Source of the DNA: Paraglomus brasilianum
Lineage: Eukaryota
NCBI GenBank assembly: GCA_910592345.1
Contig: CAJVPI010000022.1
Location: 1 to 64,000 of the forward strand
Direction of reading: 5' to 3'
Length of the DNA: 64,000 bases
Part shown: positions 1 to 12,326 of the stretch, piece after piece
Layout: every line of letters begins with the position of its first letter
How positions within the stretch are numbered: the stretch's first letter is position 1
Notes under the pieces: generated by a model
Database searches by the model: none
Told to the model about the DNA's origin: nothing
The model's input: the letters and a program-made list of their open reading frames with translations, nothing else
Position numbers and translations under genes: made by a program

Positions 1-503
1 AATTGAGATTTCTTAATAAACTCATCGAGTTGCTTATTGTTGCTAGTCCATCCATCTGATAATTGTTTATGTCCACAAATGCACCACACGGGACTACGTC
101 GGAGTATTCCACATGCGGAGCAGAATCCATATCGAGAATAACAGTGATAAAAGAGTTTATCAGCAACCATAAAATAGCTACCGTCGTACTCCATAAATCC
201 TTTTATGAGTTTGTTACTACTCTCAAGCCATTTGGAATATCTTCTAAACTGATTAATGTCATTGTTGTACTTGTGTGTTGGAAGTGAGTATATTCTGGCA
301 AACTCACTCACAAATGTTGGTGTACATATCTCACCATTTCCGAGTAGTAAAAGTATTATCGACGTTTTATGCCTGTAAATAGCGTAATAAACATTGTCAC
401 TTTGAGTTGGCATTATGTCGGTGATTTCCTCGTAATTAATCCATTCAAGTGTTAATATTAAGTCGTCAATTGCTGGATTCTTAACTCCTGGAACTAATGA
501 CAT
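1..503 (-). CDS. 5' part of a tyrosine-kinase-like (TKL) protein kinase gene of the family expanded in Glomeromycotina-type fungi; runs off the window edge
   Basis: Open frame from ATG at 503 to the edge: MSLVPGVKNPAIDDLILTLEWINYEEITDI...YGFCSACGILRRSPVWCICGHKQLSDGWTSNNKQLDEFIKKSQ. The YGxCxxC...WCxC...WTSxNxxLDEFIxxSQ segment is the typical pre-kinase motif of this family. The catalytic domain is not in the window. Confidence 0.7.
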   Translation of the reverse strand, partial: MSLVPGVKNPAIDDLILTLEWINYEEITDIMPTQSDNVYYAIYRHKTSIILLLLGNGEICTPTFVSEFARIYSLPTHKYNNDINQFRRYSKWLESSNKLIKGFMEYDGSYFMVADKLFYHCYSRYGFCSACGILRRSPVWCICGHKQLSDGWTSNNKQLDEFIKKSQ

Positions 504-944
504 CGTTTGAATAAGAAGTTTTCAAGCTCAATCACGGAGAGAACTATTGAATGATCCGTGTGTAACTCTCTCTTTCCAAATTTGGGTTGGATATCTAATT
601 TAGGTAATAAAAATTGGACACAACATCAGACTTGTGTCCATTTTGTGAATAAAAAAAAAAGACAGAGAACACCAGCTCTAGGAGAGTCAGTTCATTATCA
701 CTTGATTCGGAACTTGAGACTCTTCACTACAACTAGAAGAATTTGCAATTAATAGTGCTTGTCGAAGTAGCAGAAGAGACTTATTTTATTCATGGGCATA
801 AAAGATATTAATTGACTTTTTTTTCGCTCTCGGCAGATCATCTATGCATTTAGTTACAGGAGAAAGAGTGTTCACTGTTCCTATCTAAAATGAAAGTGGG
901 ACAAAAATTGGGACGATTTTGATTTCTATTTGGACGTTTATCTA

Positions 945-1117
945 CAGGTGAAACCTATTTAAACCGGCCGAACTGGTTTGTTGTTTTTCAGCCGGTTAGC
1001 CAGAGACCGATTCAGGTAAACATTTAGATAAAGAAAATTTCTAATTAAAGAAGTTTGGTACAGTCGTGAGGCGACCGGTTGAACCCGAGACCGGTTTAAG
1101 TTTAGACAGGTTTCGCT
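945..1117. mobile_element. Degenerate Tc1/pogo-type MITE
   Basis: Left end TA-CAGGTGAAACCTATTTAAACCGG. Right end CCGGTTTAAGTTTAGACAGGTTTCGCT is an imperfect inverted copy. Internal ACCGG repeats. Confidence 0.5.
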
Positions 1118-4100
1118 ATTCATAGTTATAGATCGACCAAAAATCCGCTATATAGTTAAAGATTGATCTAAAGGTGGAGAGTTCTTAAATAAATTAATTA
1201 GAAGACTATTTAGAATCGCATTCCACTCTTTCATTCTAAATTGTTGCAACTCTGCCAAATTATTTGATAGCTATAATTCTATATTCCTTTTTATGATGCC
1301 ATAATTTTTTTCTGAGATACATTTGGACCATTGGAGAGCCAATTGATTATTTTGTTTTAAAATTTCCTGCCAAGACGGCTTATATGCTTGGGTTTATTAC
1401 CTTGCTGGAAGCAGATGAGGATTACACGATTTTCGATAATAATATTTCTAATCGGATGACTTTAGCCGTCAACTATCTGTATATCAATATTGCTATTCGC
1501 TACGCTTTCAGCCTTCATATTCGTATTCGTTTATAGTATTTTAAATTTAGTCACCAGATTTATGATACTCACGCTAATTCATTTCAGTCATCTATATTTT
1601 TAGGGAAAGTGTTATATAAACAATGAGAGTTTCTATCTTTTAATTTAGTCTTTCGATAAAGATAGTACGAAATCTCTTACCGTCATCACTAAATACGTGG
1701 GTGGTAGTCGCAGGCATTCAACTTTCTTCAACAGATATATGGAGAATTTAAAGCCTTTCGTGCATTGAAGAGAAATGTGAAATTGCACAGTATCGCGAAG
1801 CAGAAACAAAGTCGAATAGATTCATTTGTTACTGATTAATCAACTCTTTTACTTAATTATTTGTAATTGAAGTAAAGATACGTTATGTTACGGTCGGGAA
1901 TAAAATGGGGTTTTTGGGAGAGCGATTTATCTTTTTGTGTAGGTGTGTTCGCCGACCGGGGGATGTTACCAGGCTTAGCTCGTACTATCGCCCTTACTAC
2001 GATAGTCGTGCAATTAAGACTGAATTAAGCCTCAAGTGACCTATTTTAATTATGCGCGCTTTTTCACTCCCTATCCGAGTTTCAAACACTCGTGAATACA
2101 AATAAGGGTACCTTTAAAGAATAGAAGGGGAATAATACTATTTTAAAAATAAACAGGGCTATTTTCGATTTGTTGTCGACTAGTCGGTACCTGTCACTTG
2201 TCTTTACTAAACTAATTAAACAATAATCATCTCGATAATTAATTATAAACTCTCGTTCCGTTATTCACGTAATTGATCAGCGGACAGCTTACTAGCTTGA
2301 TCAAATCAATGCTATTTTGTTACAACTTAAGTGAGCCGTTTATTTGAAGTGTCCGGTCTAATAATCAATTATTTCGACGGCAGAAGAATAAAGGATTTCG
2401 GGAGAATACTATTTAGATCAGTAGTATTATTGATTTATTTCAACGATGAAAGGTGAGCTACTTATATATCTTCGAGCGTCGCAAAAAAAAACGCAACGCT
2501 TTTTTGACTATTTTTAGAATATAGACTAATTATAGCGTTTGTGCTATCGCAGATTTTTCGCAACATTTTTTGTTTTCTAATGGAGTGTGACGCTGTCGCT
2601 ATTATTACTAAATTAATTCTTTTTGTGAACTAAAATTAGTGTTGACCATAGGTTTTGCTTGACTGCGGAGGAAGATTGGCTTAGATCAGCTTGCCGTAAT
2701 AATATGATAACTTCCAGGCTCTTGTTTTCTGTCATCTTTTAGCTGTCTGAGATTAAGAGCTAGGCCAAGTTCAGCAATAGCACAAGCTTTCTGCTCAGGG
2801 CTGAGCATATTCAGGGATATCTCATTGTTCACAATCGCATGTTCATAACCCAAGTGGTTTAACACTTTGTGCAATTCAGTTTTGAGTCTTTTATAAGATG
2901 TTTTGCTCTCTACAAGAAATTGAAATTATTCATTTGATATGTCAGTCATGGCAAGAAAAGCATTGGTTAGTCAACAGACAATAAACCGTACACCCACTAA
3001 TACTAAATGACCAGTGGAAAGGAGAAGCATTATTTAAAAATCACCGTGGCAATAGGAAAGAGCACATTATTCAAACAACAAGGATGTAGTGTATGAAGGC
3101 GCGTATTATGTCTGCTCCACCCACTCTACCACCTAACACTTAAGCAACAAATGCGCAATAAAGAAAATGTATTACTATGTCTACTCTACCCTATGTACAC
3201 ACTACTCTATGTCCCCAACGCCCAAGTCCTGGGTCAAAATCATTACCAGTTTATTGCATGGCTTACCTTGAGACTGGCAGCGTGGTGGCTGCACGTACAA
3301 GTCAACTTGCTTTGGTTGGCCAGATCGAACTCCTTACAACTGCAGTTAACTTCTAGGCATTTTTCGCGACTCGTTCCGTCACAGTCATTCATTTTGGATC
3401 AGACGGAACTTACTAACAGTGGGGATCATCCATGCAGGTAAGCAATTTACTGTATTTTGATTACAACAGACTGATTATGATGTAAAGACACTAACACATC
3501 ATTTGGTCGAAATGCTGTAGGAAAAAAAAAGATATTTTGGTAACCATATGATACCAATATCAATTTCTAACAAAAATGACTACATATAATGGTTTCAGAT
3601 TATTATTCAAATGACTGTAATTACATTTTATCTGATTGTTTTCACTTAGCTTGATAGTAACAGATGTAGGATGAGGTAATATTTAAATAATTAAAATTTT
3701 AATCAGTGTTGAGCATAGATAGCAAGCTGCCAAACTTTGAATTTATTATTTACTGAGCTCTGCCCACAAAATTTTTGAGTTCTATAAAGTATAGACATAT
3801 CTCACATCTTGAAGTTGCAATAAATATGAGCTTGCGGGATACTTCTTTTTTTTTAGGACACAAGCTTGATTATGGATATTGGGGGGTTTGAACGATACGG
3901 TTGAAATCGTATACCGGTTGCTAAGATGAGATTTGACTCGATCTCAGCTCTCGACCGCTGGCACTTTTATTTACAATTGTCCAGGTCACGCCATTTCTGA
4001 CACAATTTACGTGTAATCATAAATTGATTGTCAATCAGCAAATGAATATTGATGCTCAATAATAAAATTCTTTCTGTCGTACTGTCTTTATTAACACATT

Positions 4101-5261
4101 GATAGGGTGGTTTATATTAGCCAAATCCAATCATTACGAAAAGACAGGAGAATGCCACTCTATTTACTCTGTTTATTGTGAAAATACTATTATATAAAGT
4201 ATTAATTCAAGCTATTAATAATTGCTATTCCTACATTATATAATATTATTATTAGGTGGTAGGCTATTTGTCAGTTGCCTTGTATTAATTGCGTCGGGTT
4301 ATTTTCGATCTTGGAATATGATTCAGAATTTATCATAAAATATTTATTTTAGAGCAACAACATGATCACCTCGATAACCCGTTAGACAGTAAATAATGTT
4401 CGATTGATAGATGCATGGTTGACCGTCTTTAGTTTGACGGGTTCGGTTAACTCTGAGAGCTATGATTGTGTTTATATGCGCTTTTTATTGGTGATTAGTT
4501 GCCACCTATGAGTGTATGCCGAAGATGTAAACTACGAGCGAAAAATGTAATGTTCCCATTCTAGTCATGGTTAGGACTGGAATTACACTAGATTAATTTC
4601 GCACAATTCGCGTGCATTATGATTTGAATCTTGATTTAGAAAATAATTATTTCACGCAGTTTAAGTCTTAATTACTTCAATTCCAGAATCATTAAAATAC
4701 AGTACAAAGCAAAATATTTAACACAACCTTTAGAGAGAGATTGAAATGCGTATGTTGATAATTTTGGTGGAGTGTTGTTCATCAGTGTTTCTGTGCCCCT
4801 CAATTTTAATCTTTTCTGAAAATACTTCAAAACGTTGTTTGAGAAACTGGATTTCTTCTTGCGCCTGCTTTATTTCGTTCAGATTCTCGATCAACCTCTA
4901 ATTTGCAAAATGTTTATAGTGCATATTATCTGACGGGTATTCTATTACCTATCAAGAAATGAGTCAATCTGCGGTAAACTATTGCAATGGCTAGTTCATT
5001 ATTAATGCCTAGAAAACAGTATCAAATTGTAGCCTTAGCCCTCAAAAACACGCGAACAGTTCGTAACACCTTGGGTAAAAAATTTTGTGGCCATTACTAC
5101 GTCATAGACGCAGAAAAAAACTCCGTGAGATTGCAACGAGATTAGCATAAATTATTAACTTTTTCCAGTATACATAAAGTTTTTTTTTTTGTCGAGAGCC
5201 CCAAGTCTCTGCGTGTGATAATAATAATCAAGTCCGTGTTCAGTTCCGTACGGAAAGCAAG

Positions 5262-7367
5262 ATGAGTACTCAAACGATGGACAACACGGATAGGAACGTG
5301 GAAATATGGAAGGTTAAAAAGTTGATCAAGAGCTTAGAGGCTGCGAGAGGGTATGTATCTATTTATCTGGTTCATGAATTTAGACCGTTGAAGTTTAGAC
5401 AATGCACCAACGGTCTCGTTATGCTCAAAGCTTTACCTCTCGCCTTATCTTTAATTGCATATTAGGAATGGAACTTCCATGATTTCTCTTATCATCCGTA
5501 AGTAAATTACATGCTTCGAATGTGCGTAGTAAGCATCGCTCTTGACTCATCATCCTTTTCCTGTTCTCTTTACCAACAGCTCCAAGAGATCAAGTTTCTC
5601 GGGTCTCTAGGATGTTAGCAGATGAATATGGTACAGCGTCGAATATTAAATCTCGTGTGAACAGACTGTCTGTACTTGCTGCGATTACATCAACGCAGCA
5701 AAGACTCAAATTGTACAATAGAGGTGCGTTATCTATTGTTTGTGCCATGTTCCAGGGAAAATTAAGCCTAATTATAAACCTTCCTTTCCATAGTTCCTAA
5801 TAACGGTCTCGTGGTTTACTGCGGCACAATCGTAACGGACGAGGGCAAAGAGAAGAAAGTTAACATTGACTTTGAGCCATTTAAACCAGTCAACACCTCG
5901 CTCTATCTTTGTGATAACAAATTTCACACAGAGGCGCTATCAGAACTGTTAGAAAGCGATAATAAATTTGGATTTATTGTTATGGATGGAAACGGTGCGC
6001 TGTTTGGGACGTTGAGTGGAAATACGAGAGAGGTAATACACAAGTTTGCTGTCGATCTGCCCAAGAAGCACGGTGAGTAACTTTATAGAGTTCAGCTCCT
6101 GTTTGCGCGGATTGACCAAGGTTTTATTTAGCCCTGTTCTTGTTTTTCAGGTAGAGGTGGTCAGTCAGCATTGCGTTTCGCTCGATTGCGTGAAGAAAAA
6201 AGGCATAATTATGTTCGTAAAGTTGCCGAATTGGCGGTCCAATTTTTCATCGCAGGTGACAAGGTACATATAAAAAGTCGCTGTTTTTAACTGAACGTTC
6301 TCGACAGCCTTTTTACGTGTTTCTTTAAAATAGTAACGCATTGTTGTTGTAGGTGAATGTGACCGGGTTGATTCTTGCAGGTTCAGCAGATTTTAAGACG
6401 GAACTGTCCCAGTCCGACATGTTTGATCAACGACTCCAAAGCCGCGTTATTAAACTTGTCGATGTATCTTATGGTGGCGAAAACGGTTTTAATCAAGTAT
6501 GCATAGTAGCAGATACAACTGCTGTTTCCTTAATATGTCAATTTAATTAGTGGGTCACCAAACGACAAACACCTTGTCATTTTTCCAAATTTCCTGACAA
6601 ATTCATTCTTTCATCTTATTGTATGTACTTATAAGGCTATCGAACTTGCGGCTGAATCTTTAGCAAACGAGAAATTCATCCAAGAAAAAAAATTAATTCA
6701 AAAGTACTTTGACGAAATCTCTCAGGACACTGGTAAATTCTGCTTTGGTGTCGATGACACACTGAAAGGATTAGAACTGGGCGCAGTAGAGACATTAATT
6801 GTCTGGGAGAATTTGGATATTTCACGTTATATCTTGAAGAATTCTGCTGGAAGTAAGTTAATCTGATATTGAGACGCTCTTGGATATATATGATAATTAT
6901 CGCAGGGTGTTATTCTATCGCCGATATGGGTATTGACATTAATTTCTGATTGCCATGAATTTATCCAATCACTCCTTCCCACCTCAGCTGAGACAATGAT
7001 CCATTTAACTAAGGAACAGGAAAAAGATCGATCTCGTTTTCAAGACAAGGAAACTGGAGCAGAGATGGAAGTTGTTGATAAATTGTCTCTACTCGAATGG
7101 CTTGCTGAACATTACAAAGACTTTGGTGCGACACTAGAGTTTATCACTAATCGCTCACCGGAGGGATCGCAATTTGTCAAAGGATTTGGTGGAATTGGAG
7201 GATTACTAAGATACAAGGTCGATTTCGAACAGCTGACTTATGACAGTGACGATGGTTTTTTGTCTGGTATGTATTGGGAAGGAGCATTAATTAAGCAAAC
7301 TGCATTCTATAATTAACATGATACCATTAACTTACCTGGAATTTATTCAATTCAAATCACAGATTAA
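5262..7367 (+). CDS. SUP45: Eukaryotic peptide chain release factor 1 (eRF1), 9 exons
   Basis: Exons 5262-5350, 5466-5497, 5580-5723, 5794-6072, 6151-6263, 6353-6496, 6636-6852, 6988-7266, 7363-7367, all GT-AG and in phase. Motifs GTS, TASNIKS, YLCDNKF, GRGGQS and [11 protein letters not shown] are present. Confidence 0.98.
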
Positions 7368-8642
7368 AACAATTATTATAATACAGACTCTGTCTTAATA
7401 GTTACACTGAAAGTATATCGATATATGCTTATAATATACTTTCCTTCGAAAAGTACAATACTTTATTGTAAATTTGTAAGTAAAAAAGAAAAAGACTAAC
7501 TTGGCTTCGCGTAAGTTAAGCTGAGATAATTTCTTTGTGATCTGGCGTAATTAGAATAGCGCGTTTTGGTGTCAAAAAGACACTTACATCAACAGAGTGT
7601 GCTGATTCACACATGTAGTGAAGTGCAGCTAATAAACGAACAAGCGTAATTTAACAATTACAAGTTCACATTACAGCCCGCAGTGGTATCTAAAGACAAA
7701 GGATAAATAATGTAACTTTGATATTAATATTAATGAGATTAATGTCGAGCCAAGATTACCATACAAATGTTTCCTAATAAAGTAAATCTTGGAATGCAAC
7801 GTCGTAAAACTTGCTATGAAGATTCTGCGTATAAAAGACCAAGCCTCCTTTTTTTGTTTTCCTATACTAATGGTTTACTCTCAATTTTATGAATAACATG
7901 TTTCTCCTCAAGCGTACGCGTAGCCATGTTTTTATATGTTTTTAGAGACAAATATTGGATGTTTCTGAGAAGCTGAGATTATGGTTTGTCCTATACGCAG
8001 GTAAATTTTCAAGCCGTTTGCTCCCGAATTAGGACCGTTCGGTACTTATGTATTATTAAAAAACGGGGGCTATGGCTACGCTGTTACAGCGAACGGAGAA
8101 GCGGTACCCATACAATAGAAATTACAAAGAAGACTTGTGCTGCCCATTTTACGGCCTCAGCTAGTTGGGCAAATTTCTGGTTAAGAATGTTTAGGTTATG
8201 CATGATGGTAATAAATTTGAATGGTCTATTATTAAAATTGACAATCAAAAAGTCCTGCTGTCCTGGTCTCCCGTGTATGGATGAGGGGTTCACCAAGGCC
8301 GGATGCTAAAACTGCTCTAGCAGCAATGGTGCAGTTTAGGGATGGTTGTTTTTAAAATATGCTATTGGTTTTTATTTTATTTATTTGTAGAAAGACAAAC
8401 TCAGAATCAACAGTTTGCAAATTAATTAAACATAAAAGATGCTCAGGCAAAAATATAATGTACATAATTGAGGATAATAAACTCTGATATTCTTCCTAAT
8501 ATTGTTATGTGCAGTCGCCTGGGCGAGTGTTGTGTTCAATATTGAGCTCTAAAAATGACCTTGCTAACATACCTGCTTAATTTTCCATGCGCCATAAGAG
8601 TGACGTATTCCTCCAAGCATTCCTACACGTAAATTACACGTA

Positions 8643-8734
8643 ACACCAACCGGGTTTGGACCCAGCGGATAACGGTTTGCACAATCACACGGGCTTTCGC
8701 GGATAACGACTGCTTTACATCAAACTACCAACGT
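8643..8734 (-). pseudogene. Possible decayed tRNA-like sequence (Gly-like) or tRNA-derived SINE head
   Basis: Minus strand reads ACGTTGG-TAGTTTGATGTAAAG (A-box-like)...CTGGG-TCCAAA-CCCGG (T-arm-like)-TTGGTGT. The acceptor pairs mostly through G-U and there is no clean anticodon arm. Confidence 0.25.
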
Positions 8735-9299
8735 ATATTCAAATCTATAATTAAATCATCAATAGACAGTTAGTTAGAAACTTTACAAGCAGTGATATTT
8801 TCGCTAGCTAACATTACCTTCAGCTCATCGTTTGGATTCCCGTTCTTGAATCTAACATTCCTTCTAATACTCGAACTATTAGTTTCGCATTCGTATAAAT
8901 AATATACTTATTGGATCTTAAAATACCCTGGTCACTCAAAAGTGATTTTACGGCTGTAAGCCTTTGTTCCGAAATCACTGATCTTGTTCCATCGAATCTT
9001 GAAATTGACTGAATACGATTGTCAATTATTACGAATAAACGCGTTTTACTTAGAGTATAATCGTTCGCCGACGTCCTCCATCGATAAAGGGTAGAGTTAT
9101 AGCTGCAGCATAGTTGACAATCGAGAACCTGTGTATACGAGATCGAACGCAAGAGCCGTAAGTATATAAACCCAATTTAAGATCACTAGCTGTATTGGTG
9201 ATTCGAGTAGGAGCAGAGGTTAACCAAGCTTCGATTGAAAAGAGCTAAATTTCAAGGCCAATTACTGAACGTTCTCCTGCGGTACTTGGCTCGGCACTG

Positions 9300-9480
9300 C
9301 TGGAAATGTCATGCAATGGATTTTAATGAACAGTCAAGTTTTGCCAGATTGTCCAAACCAGTCACCTGACTTAAATCCAATTGAGCACCTGCAGTCAGAG
9401 CTAGAAAGAAGCAGACCACAGTTAGAGACTGCACCGCAGGAATAGGGCAAGATTTTGAAGATCAACTAATGGATTAGTGT
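9300..9480 (+). mobile_element. Tc1/IS630-family DDE transposase relic
   Basis: Translates to VLPDCPNQSPDLNPIEHLQSELERS, a decayed WPxxSPDLNPIEHLW motif. Confidence 0.7.
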
Positions 9481-11487
9481 ATGCTTTGAAATTTCTTTGC
9501 GTATAATAATATGTATCACCCAAATCCCACCTGTAAAATTTCAGCATCAAATGTTTTACTTTCGAGACATATCAGACCCATGCGCGATTCCGTATAAAAT
9601 TCAAAAATTTATATCTCGACAGTTTTAATCTTTTCAGCGCCATCAGAATGTGTTTGTGTGATTGTTACTATGATTGTGCGGCATGTGGATATCATGCGCG
9701 TTTATTGCCAAGTATAACTGAATTTTTTTTCAATTCAACCATATATCCCAAGGGCACGTAGAGACAGATCTGGTGAAAAAGATCATGCAGATATATGAAG
9801 ATATGGAAGTTCAATGTTCGAATGAGCGATATGCCGATTTGATATGATTTTATATGCAGGATGTTTAGAAATTTGCTGGAGACATCCGACCTGAAACTTT
9901 ACAAGTGATTAGGATTCGCTATACACAAGGAAAATTTTAAAGCATTTACTCATTCCTGTCCCGAATTAGGGGATGATTGTTTTGAACAGTACCGTATATG
10001 CGATTCTAGTTTGAGTGAATTTTTAATCAAATAAAATTACAAAAAAATTTCATCCTTTGGTGAGTGCGAAAAAAAAAAGATGCAAATTTGTTCAGCCAGT
10101 TTATAGAAATCAAGAGCAACTAACCGGGATTGTCTTGGGTTTTAAATAATAAATTTTAAAGCAACGTGTTAGTATGTGGGAAACGATGCAGTATTGATTT
10201 GCATCAAAAGTTGGTCCCAGTAACTTTTTATTCAACGACCTAATCTTGTTCTACTTACAACCAGTTTTGATGACATACGAGTCCAACAGTATATTATCGA
10301 ATGTATAGACGCCTTTACCATTCGGTTCTGATTACAAAGATGCGTAAAATAAGCCCAGCGCCCAGATTAATTTTAAACGTAAAATTTACCTTTGCCTGTG
10401 CCAAAAAAAAAAAGTTCCTAATCACGCGTCAAAATTGTTTAAAAGCCAAAAAGTTGGACGTTAAGCAGAATTAAAGCTTTACATTATCATACTCAGTAGA
10501 AATGAGTTTAAAAATACAATCTGTAATTATCTGGATAAATAAAGTTTTGCCTATTTTTTTTAAACGCAATTTTCTTAATCCAAGTAGTCCTATGGGACAA
10601 TTAACGTAACTTTTTAGTTTCATAATATACTTGACGTTATATTTTCTCGTTGCAATGTTAAATTATCAGATATATATTAATACCAACATAAATTGTCCTT
10701 TAAACTGTTTCTGTGGTATCCTTGCCAAAGACATTATCGTTGTGACTAGAATTTACAAATAAGATTACCATCAAAAACGATCTAGGAGTGAAACTTGATG
10801 TTAAGGAGATTATGCAGATGGTAAAACTTTATGGTAAGGAGTATTGTGCGGATGGGTGAAACTGTATACAATGGTTATCGATCAGACTATATGCTCATTA
10901 TTTCGATATGTGGAGAGAAAGCCCAGACATATCTGGCTAACTACAAGATACCAGGTTAACCAAAAAATTCTCCTAACAAGAAGCAAAAGTGTTGTATTTT
11001 TTAGGGTTATGGTGTTGAAAATGCTCCTAGTTGTTTATTCATCACCGGAACAAAGGGAACAATATTAATACGCAAGACAATATACTAACTAGTACTAGAA
11101 GAAGCATGTTCATTATAAACCCCCATTTTATCTTGCATAGTCATGCAATCTAGATAATCAAGTTTTAAAAGAAAGAAAAAAGGCATTGACATTGTTTTAA
11201 TATTTTTGGTACGCTGTTTAAGGAATTTACTATTGTTTGTTCAGCTCACTCTTGTTATCGAACGAGATATTTTCAAACGTTTGCATGTAGGCAAAGAACA
11301 AGGAAAATATCGAATAGAGCGAATACCGCGACGCTTTTGCGATAATAATTTGAACCCCTGAAATCTTCATAGTTGTGTGGCGTTACTGATCGCTTTGTCT
11401 GACGATGCATGCCCCAGATCTATTCTTATTAGTCATATGAATTACAAAGTAGTCTTTATTGTGAGAGTACAAATGTACGTACACAAG

Positions 11488-11617
11488 CGTATGTATGTAT
11501 GTATGTGAGTATGTATGTATGTATGTATGTATGTATGTATGTAGGTATGTATGTATGTATGCATGAATGTATGTGTATATATGTATACGTATATATACGT
11601 ATGTATGTACGTGTATG
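11488..11617. repeat. (GTAT)n-based microsatellite
   Basis: Directly visible gtatgtatgtat... array with variant units. Confidence 0.95.
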
Positions 11618-12294
11618 CCTTGAATGCATTTTAACAAGTATTCATACCAGTTAATCACAACTCTGAATCCAACGGCCCTGAACCCTATATTGCCTATAGA
11701 ATTTTACCAAGTTGTGCCGAACCCATCCCCTGCTCCAATCTGTAAGGTTGGGTACTTTTTGTTCATCGTTACGCGAGTGTAATATTGCCAAGTTTAATTT
11801 GTCTAGATATCAAATATGTGCTTCATTCGACATTTTAGAGTTTTTCGCATTCGTACCCGTACGTTACACGAGGGACATATAAACACAGGCGAGTAACAAT
11901 AGCAAGCGATAGAGTAACAGGAAATAATATGATAATTGGAAGATTGAAACAATGATTGATACAGTAGACAAGGACTATAACAATAAAGACAAAGAACAAT
12001 AAATAGTTGTCGTTAATGCAACAATATTAACAATGAGCGACGGAGAGAGGACCAAATGGATGCAATTGTAATGCACCAGAGGGTATTGGTGCAATATACA
12101 ATGAACCTTCTTTAAAGAACTTGGCTTTGTTTAAAACGGCAATGTCTTTATCGATTGTGGTACTATTATTCTTATTTATTATTGTTTGTTGTTATTATTG
12201 TTATTGTTGTAGTTATTGTTATTATCATGTTGTTATTACCATGTTATGTTGTTGTTACATGTTGTTATGTTGTTGTGTGTGTTATCGTAACTGA

Positions 12295-12326
<32 letters not shown>

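Noticed and set aside
5262..7367. eRF1 as a sign of stop-codon reassignment or selenocysteine readthrough
   Set aside because: GTS, NIKS and YxCxxxF motifs are canonical, the conserved genes I spliced needed no in-frame stops, and all three stop codons end genes here.
7515..7565. TPP riboswitch-like CTGAGA...TGATCTGG
   Set aside because: The rest of the consensus and the pairing are missing, and there is no thiamine gene nearby.
8820..9152. Possible RNase H relic (YIIYTNAKLIVRVLEG)
   Set aside because: The catalytic Asp is missing and no other retroelement domain is recognisable nearby.
10169..10185. 17-bp inverted match to 45168-45184 (CGTTTCCCACATACTAA) containing a CSL-like TGTGGGAA site
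   Set aside because: A single short match with no extension; it cannot be told apart from chance or a decayed repeat.
9750..11070. Exon-like fragments with splice signals on the plus strand
   Set aside because: They could not be joined into a stop-free frame and resemble no family I recognise.
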